64,000 nt of DNA from a virus. Positions 57,426 to 64,000 of the stretch are shown one piece after another. Within the stretch, counting starts at the first letter, position 1; each line of letters opens with the position of its first letter. The translations under genes were made by a program, and so were the position numbers. The notes below the pieces were generated by a model. That model was not told where the DNA came from, ran no database searches, and worked only from the letters and a program-made list of their open reading frames with translations. The DNA lies in the IMG/VR virus record IMGVR_UViG_3300032246_000761, positions 5,099 to 69,098 of that record. One strand, 5' to 3'.

Positions 57426-57773
57426 ATGGCAGGTATAGCAAACTTATCAATAGACGCTGGCGCTACATTTACAAGTGATGTATTGGTACAAAATGATGAT
57501 GGTACGGCTTTTAACTTAGCGGGTTACACAGCTCAAGGCAAAATGTCAAAGGGGTATTCTGCTACTTACGATAGGGTATATTTTGATATTACTGTCTATG
57601 AAGCTGACGGAATTGTAACTATAAAATTGGATCCAGCTACAACAGCTCTATTGGAAGATGGACGTTGGGTGTATGATGTAGAGATAACTAATGTTGATGA
57701 TAGTACAGTAACTCGTGTAGTTGAAGGTATTATTACTGTTTATCCTGGCGTAGTTTCTACTTACACTGTATAA
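57426..57773 (+). CDS. Virion structural protein (fibre-adaptor-like)
   Basis: ANLSIDAGATF...NLAGYTA...GRWVYDVEI...TRVVEGIITVYPGV, a common T4-like fibre-module protein. Confidence 0.75.
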   Translation: MAGIANLSIDAGATFTSDVLVQNDDGTAFNLAGYTAQGKMSKGYSATYDRVYFDITVYEADGIVTIKLDPATTALLEDGRWVYDVEITNVDDSTVTRVVEGIITVYPGVVSTYTV

Positions 57774-59101
57774 TTAAAAAATTTGTTTGTAGGTAATTTT
57801 ATTTCGGTATTGTTTTTTGAAAAATGATAATCTCCATCTGGGCCATTATCACAAAAAGGTCCTGAAATTAATCTAAAACCTAAATCTTCAACATACTTAA
57901 TTACTTCATCTCTTAAAGGTGCGCCTTTATTATATTCTACTATTTGTAATTCTAATATTAAATCTTTACAATGTTTTAAAGCTTCTTTAGATCCTTTTAA
58001 AACATCCAGTTCAGCACCTTGTACATCTATTTTTATTAAATCTGGCATAGGTAGATTTCTTGAACTTATAATACTATCTAAAGTTTTAGTTTTATATAAT
58101 TTTTTATTACTTTCATTATACAATCTATTAGATTCGGAACTAATTTGTTCGTTTTCTTTATAATAACTATTTCCACCAGGATGATAAGTGTTTTGATAAA
58201 AATTAACTTCTTTATCTGTTCTATCACTTAGCACACCTATATGGTATTGTAAATTGTTTTCTTTATATAAAAATTCACATTCAGGCATTGCTTCAAAAAC
58301 TACATACTCAGCATTTGGCCATATTGTTTTAGCTTCACTTGTCCAATGTAAAACACAAGCGCCTATGTCATAAATTACTTTTGGTGATATGTTTAAGCTT
58401 TTTAAATAATCTACGTGTATTTGAGGTAGCAATCTTTTGGTTGATAAATCTTTCAATCTATCAGGTATATTAATTTCATTTTTTTTTATAGTTGGTGTAT
58501 TAGATGTACTTTCTACTTTAAAAATTGTATTGCCTATATGTTCACAATGTACTGTTGTATCAGCAAATATTTGAAAACCTTTTGTTTTAACTTTTCTACA
58601 AAAATCAACATCTTCTGATATTGTGTTTTTATGATCTATTGCTGAGTGATAAACAAAATGAGGATAAGGTATTGATCTAAAAACATCTCCTTTAATTAAT
58701 ACACAGCCCATACCACATGCTACTAATTCCACTAATGGAATATCTTTTATTTTTTCAAATGGTATATTTGAACATCCGCCTTTTTCATTAGGTTCATAAA
58801 CTTCTAATATATGTTCGTTTTGTTTTCTTTGTATATAAAGGCCAGATACCATATCTTTATTATGACTTAAAAGTTTTTTAAGTGTATCTGGTGTAAATGA
58901 AATATCACTATCAACTGAAAACAAATAATCATAATGAGTAGCCCAACTTGCTATTAAATTTCTTATTTGATCTATTTGATAACCAAAGAAAAATTGTAAT
59001 TCTGTTGTGTAACCTTCAGGTATTTCAAGATCATAAATGGCCTTCATTGTTTTTGTTTCAACGTATTTGTTTGTTGGTATAGCAATTAATATCTTTTTCA
59101 T
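57761..59101 (-). CDS. GT-A glycosyltransferase fused to an FkbM-family methyltransferase
   Basis: ILIAIP...VDSD...GMGCVLI...SEDVDFC, then YDIGA...FEA...IKIDVQGAELDVLKG. Confidence 0.9.
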   Translation of the reverse strand: MKKILIAIPTNKYVETKTMKAIYDLEIPEGYTTELQFFFGYQIDQIRNLIASWATHYDYLFSVDSDISFTPDTLKKLLSHNKDMVSGLYIQRKQNEHILEVYEPNEKGGCSNIPFEKIKDIPLVELVACGMGCVLIKGDVFRSIPYPHFVYHSAIDHKNTISEDVDFCRKVKTKGFQIFADTTVHCEHIGNTIFKVESTSNTPTIKKNEINIPDRLKDLSTKRLLPQIHVDYLKSLNISPKVIYDIGACVLHWTSEAKTIWPNAEYVVFEAMPECEFLYKENNLQYHIGVLSDRTDKEVNFYQNTYHPGGNSYYKENEQISSESNRLYNESNKKLYKTKTLDSIISSRNLPMPDLIKIDVQGAELDVLKGSKEALKHCKDLILELQIVEYNKGAPLRDEVIKYVEDLGFRLISGPFCDNGPDGDYHFSKNNTEIKLPTNKFFNYTV

Positions 59102-61125
59102 TGAGTTAATATCCTGTTTGCGTTTTTGGTTTGTTCTTCAGCGTTTACTTTATAATCATTTAAAGGGTGTGTGTCATTATAGTTATAAACAATATCTTGT
59201 ACTACTTTGATTTTTTCAGGTTGACATTTTTCTATTAGGGAGTAAAAAATAGAACCATCGCCTCCTGCTTTATACCATTTTCCTTTTTCATCTTTAAACA
59301 TATTGTTATCAATATTCTCTAAAAGATAGGCCTTAAATGTTCTTAAATGTGTATAAGGCATGTTCCAATTAAATTTGTATTGTCTGTATTTTTTTTCTTT
59401 TTTAATTTGTTCTGGATAAGGTTGAGATACTAAAGGTATATTATCTACCATTGACCAACATGAACCATAACTAAACTCAGTTGTACCATCATAAAGATTA
59501 TTATAAAAATGAAATATTTGATTATCATTTACTAAAGAATCATCGCCATCTAAAAACATTACAATATCATCACGTTCACAAAATTTATTTATTGATTCTA
59601 TTTGATTTCTTACAGCCCCTTTATTTTCTTTATTTCTTATTACTTTAATATTATCACTTTCATATTTTTTAGCCAACTCATAAGTGTTATCTGTAGAACA
59701 GTCATCAATAATAACCATTAAATAATTATCATAGTCTTGTGTAATAACAGATTCAATACATCTTTCAATATATTTAGAAGCATTGTAAGTGGGTGTAATT
59801 AGAACAATTCTTTGTTGAGTATTTCTTGGTAAATAATTTTCTTCGTAATTATTAAATCTTCTACCAAATACTTTTTTAACCCTAGAATTAATATGACTAA
59901 CTTGTTTATATTCTTCTTTAGAAAGATATTCTCCCAATTTTTTATAGATATGTTGTTTCCATTGTAACGCAATTAAATCCCAACCTACAATATCTTTTAT
60001 AATATTACAAGAATACATTTTTTGTTGATGTAAATATCTATTAGCATTGGCCTGTAAAACCATATTTACAAATTTATTTTCTTGTTCTTTTTTATCAATA
60101 AATCTAAAAAGACTATTTGGCTCTATTGCGTAATCCATTAAATAACATGCCTGCTCAACTGCTGTTTCTTCTAAAGCTCCAAAACGAGTTGTAATTAAAG
60201 GAGTGTTATATGCTAAAGATTCTAAAGTTGAAATACCAAATGTTTCAGGAAAAGCACCAGGAAATAACATAAAGCTGGCCTTTGCCATTAATTCTGCTAT
60301 TTCGGATTGTTTAATGATACCTGTAAATTCTACATCTAATTTTTTATATTTTTCATCAACAACTAATTCTCTCCATTTTTTTTCTTGTTCATCAGGAGCA
60401 GCATTTTCTCTAAATCTATAATAACCACCAATTACTTTTAATTTAGCTTCAGGTATTTGTTGTTTAATTCTTTCCCACATATTCTCAACTAAAGGTAACA
60501 TACCTTTTGTAACAGAAGCATTATAAACATATAAATGAGGATCTTTTTGTCTTATATCTATTTCATCTTTGTAAAGTACAATGCCATTACGTGTCATAAA
60601 CATATGAGATTTCAGTACTTCAAAATTTCTTCTTTTGCCATGATCGCATGTAGTTACATAAGAAGTATGAAAATCTGAAAGAGTAAATATTTCATCTATA
60701 TCTTTATGAACAATCATATCTTCTAATAAATGATCACCTTTAGCAAAAGTATCGTGCATCCACATTGCTTTAAATCTAGCATTTTGTTTTATTTTAGAAT
60801 ATCTTTGAGGTTTAAAATTTTCAAATTGATTATATAAGTGTGGTGGTAAAAATGGTATTACTGTTCGGGAAGATATAACCACATCAAAATTAAAGTCGTT
60901 TTTATAATCTAATATAGTATGATCTATATATTGAACATTATCAAATGTTCCTTCTTTTGATTCTTTGTCTATACAATTATTAAATACAGTTACTTTAAAA
61001 TTCTTTTTAGCAAGTTCTTTAGCGAGTAAAATAACGGCGGATTCTGATCCTCCTAAACCTCTTTTGTTTAAGGTATCGCCATCGTAAGTCAATCCAATAA
61101 TGTCAATAATTGCTATAGAAATCAT
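59098..61125 (-). CDS. GT4 (GT-B) plus GT2 (GT-A) glycosyltransferase fusion
   Basis: GLGGSE...ETFGISTLES, then ITPTYNA...IDDCSTD...FLDGDD. Confidence 0.9.
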   Translation of the reverse strand: MISIAIIDIIGLTYDGDTLNKRGLGGSESAVILLAKELAKKNFKVTVFNNCIDKESKEGTFDNVQYIDHTILDYKNDFNFDVVISSRTVIPFLPPHLYNQFENFKPQRYSKIKQNARFKAMWMHDTFAKGDHLLEDMIVHKDIDEIFTLSDFHTSYVTTCDHGKRRNFEVLKSHMFMTRNGIVLYKDEIDIRQKDPHLYVYNASVTKGMLPLVENMWERIKQQIPEAKLKVIGGYYRFRENAAPDEQEKKWRELVVDEKYKKLDVEFTGIIKQSEIAELMAKASFMLFPGAFPETFGISTLESLAYNTPLITTRFGALEETAVEQACYLMDYAIEPNSLFRFIDKKEQENKFVNMVLQANANRYLHQQKMYSCNIIKDIVGWDLIALQWKQHIYKKLGEYLSKEEYKQVSHINSRVKKVFGRRFNNYEENYLPRNTQQRIVLITPTYNASKYIERCIESVITQDYDNYLMVIIDDCSTDNTYELAKKYESDNIKVIRNKENKGAVRNQIESINKFCERDDIVMFLDGDDSLVNDNQIFHFYNNLYDGTTEFSYGSCWSMVDNIPLVSQPYPEQIKKEKKYRQYKFNWNMPYTHLRTFKAYLLENIDNNMFKDEKGKWYKAGGDGSIFYSLIEKCQPEKIKVVQDIVYNYNDTHPLNDYKVNAEEQTKNANRILTQ

Positions 61126-61154
61126 TTAAAAATACATTTATATAAAGTTAAGAT

Positions 61155-61166
61155 TATTTATAAATA
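61155..61166. promoter_or_regulatory. Palindromic back-to-back late promoters
   Basis: TATTTATAAATA between the GT operon (minus) and the fibre gene (plus). Confidence 0.7.
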
Positions 61167-61218
61167 TACTATAACATAATATGGTTGTTTTGTCAATCTA
61201 AAGAATTAAAAAAAATAA

Positions 61219-63438
61219 ATGCCAGTAATTAAAGGTCCTACACAACAAGTAAGAGTTACATTACCATCTAAAGGTGGGCCAGGTTATACAGGTTCACAAG
61301 GCCCAATAGGTTATACAGGATCTGGAGGAGGCGGTGGTGGTTATACTGGTTCACAAGGTTACACAGGAAGTTTAGGTTACACAGGATCAGCAGGGGCTGG
61401 TTACACAGGATCAACTGGTGTTGGTTATACTGGATCGGCCGGAGTTGGTTATACAGGATCAGCCGGTGCTGGCTATACAGGTTCTACAGGATTTACCGGA
61501 TCGGCCGGAGTTGGTTATACAGGATCGGCCGGAGTTGGTTATACAGGATCTGCTGGAGTTGGTTATACAGGATCTGCTGGAGTTGGTTATACAGGTTCAA
61601 CAGGATTTACTGGATCAGCAGGTGTTGACGGAACAATTGGTAGAGATGGTTATACAGGATCTGCTGGAGTTGGTTACACAGGATCAGCAGGCACTGGTTA
61701 TACAGGTTCAAAAGGAGATTTAGGATTTACAGGCAGTTTAGGATATACTGGATCAGCCGGTGCTGGTTACACAGGCTCAACAGGATTTACCGGTTCAAAA
61801 GGAGATTTAGGATTTACAGGATCAGCCGGTGTTGATGGAACGATTGGTAGAGATGGTTATACAGGTTCAATAGGATTTACAGGATCAGCAGGTGCTGGTT
61901 ATACAGGTTCAAAAGGAGATTTAGGGTATTCAGGAAGTTTAGGTTACACAGGATCAACAGGCGCTGGTTATACAGGTTCAAAAGGAGATTTAGGATTTAC
62001 AGGCAGTTTAGGATATACTGGATCATCCGGTGTTGACGGAACAATTGGTAGAGATGGTTACACAGGTTCAATAGGATATACTGGATCTTCTGGAGCTGGT
62101 TATACAGGTTCAACAGGATTTACCGGATCAGCAGGAGTTGGTTACACAGGATCTTCTGGAGCTGGTTATACAGGTTCAACAGGATTTACAGGTTCACAAG
62201 GTATTGTAGGATTTACAGGATCAGGAGCAGATAGTCCTTTAGTTTTTACAACATCGGGAATTTATAGAACACTTACGGGTTACACAGAAAGTGGAACAAC
62301 ATCTACTGTAAGAACAGCAGAATTTGTCGCTAATGCTTTAAGATTGACTTTAGCAACATTTACACCTACACTAGCATCAGCAGGAACACCAAGTGCTTCT
62401 CCAAATTGGGACGTAGCAGCAACTGGATTTACGGTTACAGTAACAAATCCTGATGATGTAACAAGTGATTATATTAGTTCAGTTTATTCAATAACAGGAA
62501 CATCAGGCAGTGTAACAGGAACATTAGGTTCATATACAGCAGGAGCTAAAAGTAATACACCAGCAGCTACTATAGATTGGACACAAACTTTTACTACAAA
62601 TGGTTCATCATATATTAGACCTGTTTCATCTACAATCACTGGAGGTTCAGCAGCTGCTACAGTTAGATTTAATCACAATCCAGGTTCAGAATCAGAGTAC
62701 ACAACAAGTAATGCTAGTTTTACTATTACTTGGGCAACACCTACAATGAGTTTATCTAAATCAGATAAAAGTGGTTCAACATTTTTAAAAACTTATACAT
62801 CTACAACTTACACAACTTCTGTAACAGGTATTACTACAGCTGCTAATTATGTTCATAGTATTACAGCATCAGGCGGTACTGTGAGTAGTTCTACAGGAAA
62901 TGGAACATTTACATTTACAACACCTATACATAAAGATAATACAGGTACTACAAGAACAGTTAGCAACACAACAACATTTACAAGACCTATTGGTGTAACA
63001 GGCACTTCTTATACAGCAACATTAAGTTCTACAACATCAAGTATTGCTGCTACATTTACATATCCATCTTTTTGGTTATGGACAACAAGTACAGGAACAT
63101 TACCAACAAGAGCAGATATAATTGATGACGCAACAGGAACAGGTTTTGAATCTGTAGTAACACAATTAGCAGATCAAACTAAAACTTTATCTGTACAAGC
63201 AATAAATAATACTGATACTAATCCTAGAGCGTTTTGGTTTGCTGTTAAATCTTCAGCTTCTCAACCAACAACTTTTAAAACGGGAGCTAGCGCAGGATTA
63301 TTAAGTGATGTGTCTTATACGGATGGTGGAACAGTTTCATTAGAACCAGATTCTCCTCCAGCAGGATATAGTTCTGTTAATTATAATATTTATGGTATAA
63401 CTTTACAACCAGGAATAACCTACGTACAAATAGGATAA
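61219..63438 (+). CDS. Collagen-like GYTGS-repeat tail fibre with a T/S-rich C-terminal beta domain
   Basis: About 300 aa of G(Y/F)TGS repeats followed by a Thr/Ser-rich domain. Confidence 0.75.
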   Translation: MPVIKGPTQQVRVTLPSKGGPGYTGSQGPIGYTGSGGGGGGYTGSQGYTGSLGYTGSAGAGYTGSTGVGYTGSAGVGYTGSAGAGYTGSTGFTGSAGVGYTGSAGVGYTGSAGVGYTGSAGVGYTGSTGFTGSAGVDGTIGRDGYTGSAGVGYTGSAGTGYTGSKGDLGFTGSLGYTGSAGAGYTGSTGFTGSKGDLGFTGSAGVDGTIGRDGYTGSIGFTGSAGAGYTGSKGDLGYSGSLGYTGSTGAGYTGSKGDLGFTGSLGYTGSSGVDGTIGRDGYTGSIGYTGSSGAGYTGSTGFTGSAGVGYTGSSGAGYTGSTGFTGSQGIVGFTGSGADSPLVFTTSGIYRTLTGYTESGTTSTVRTAEFVANALRLTLATFTPTLASAGTPSASPNWDVAATGFTVTVTNPDDVTSDYISSVYSITGTSGSVTGTLGSYTAGAKSNTPAATIDWTQTFTTNGSSYIRPVSSTITGGSAAATVRFNHNPGSESEYTTSNASFTITWATPTMSLSKSDKSGSTFLKTYTSTTYTTSVTGITTAANYVHSITASGGTVSSSTGNGTFTFTTPIHKDNTGTTRTVSNTTTFTRPIGVTGTSYTATLSSTTSSIAATFTYPSFWLWTTSTGTLPTRADIIDDATGTGFESVVTQLADQTKTLSVQAINNTDTNPRAFWFAVKSSASQPTTFKTGASAGLLSDVSYTDGGTVSLEPDSPPAGYSSVNYNIYGITLQPGITYVQIG
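61282..62223 (+). repeat. Coding tandem repeats G(Y/F)TGSx, units of 18/24/27 nt
   Basis: Recurring ggttatacaggatc/ggatttacagg; a GVDGTIGRD block starts at 61621, 61828 and 62029. Confidence 0.9.
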
Positions 63439-63439
63439 T

Positions 63440-64000
63440 ATGTCATCTAATTATAGTGGTTTAACTCGAAATATTTGGCCAGGTACCTGGAGTACTAACA
63501 CTAATGCACCTATTGTATTAGATACGGAAATTCGTGGTGCTTTACAAAGTATAAGTGGAGATTCTGGAGATAGATTAACAGATATTCCTGGTGCTAGAAT
63601 ACAAGAAGGTATGTTAGTATATCTTAAAACAGGATATACAGCAGGAGCTACAACTAGAACAGGAGATTCTTACTACACTTACAAATTACAAGGAGGCGAA
63701 TCACGTAGTGCTATAACAGGTGCTATGCCAAATGCTGAAGCAAACTGGACAGCTTATACAGCAGGAGGTGGAGGTTATACAGGTTCAAAAGGAGATTTAG
63801 GTTATACAGGCAGTTTAGGTTACACAGGATCAGCAGGAGCTGGTTACACTGGTTCAACAGGATTTACAGGATCAGCAGGAGTTGGTTACACAGGTTCAAC
63901 AGGATTTACAGGATCGGCCGGAGTTGATGGATATTCAGGTTCAAAAGGAGATTTAGGTTATACAGGATCTTTAGGTTACACAGGATCAGCAGGTGATGGA
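63440..64000 (+). CDS. Second GYTGS-repeat fibre protein, truncated by the window end
   Basis: MSSNYSGLTRNIWPGTWSTNTNAPIVLDTEIRGALQS...EGMLVY..., then GYTGS repeats from ~63773. Confidence 0.8.
   Translation, partial: MSSNYSGLTRNIWPGTWSTNTNAPIVLDTEIRGALQSISGDSGDRLTDIPGARIQEGMLVYLKTGYTAGATTRTGDSYYTYKLQGGESRSAITGAMPNAEANWTAYTAGGGGYTGSKGDLGYTGSLGYTGSAGAGYTGSTGFTGSAGVGYTGSTGFTGSAGVDGYSGSKGDLGYTGSLGYTGSAGDG

Noticed and set aside
61418-61723. Alternative-frame ORF with LELVIQD repeats
   Set aside because: Shadow of the GYTGS repeat in another frame.
61282-62223. Ice-nucleation protein
   Set aside because: AGYTGS only superficially resembles AGYGST; the strict 16-residue period and TxT ladder are absent.
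61282-64000. CRISPR array or DGR-like repeats
   Set aside because: The repeats are in-frame codons with synonymous variation and no unique spacers; no cas or reverse transcriptase gene is seen.

Overview
An AT-rich (~28-30% GC by eye) 64-kb segment of a T4-like myovirus genome. A circularly permuted, alphaproteobacterial-type tmRNA (tag ANESYALAA) points to a SAR11/LD12-type host; this host call is inference. In order, the window holds: (1) the end of rnh, then small early/accessory genes (SprT-like protease, GH73 glucosaminidase, DenV-like glycosylase, T4-type lysozyme, 1-Cys peroxiredoxin, exonuclease, tmRNA); (2) gp33-gp59-gp32; (3) a baseplate hub/tail block (tape-measure-like gene, holin-like gene, gp51/gp26, gp54-like, gp2, gp4, gp48, gp53, hub, gp5); (4) an accessory island (IscA, 2OG oxygenases, TonB-dependent receptor, nuclease-like gene); (5) the wedge block gp25-gp6-gp7-gp8, a VrlC-like protein and a fibre; (6) a 12.4-kb, 16-gene operon with five radical SAM enzymes, six cupin/2OG-Fe(II) oxygenase-fold genes and a 190-aa protein ending CHASCHSSCHSNRGRR; (7) two glycosyltransferase fusions and GYTGS-repeat fibres. 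The best candidate for an undescribed system is the radical SAM operon, read as a RiPP-like machinery that modifies a virion-like protein. Other highlights are a probable -1 frameshift joining gp26 to gp51, and a ~1.9-kb island around gp5 with about 30 GGCC sites. All calls come from reading motifs by eye; no database searches were run.
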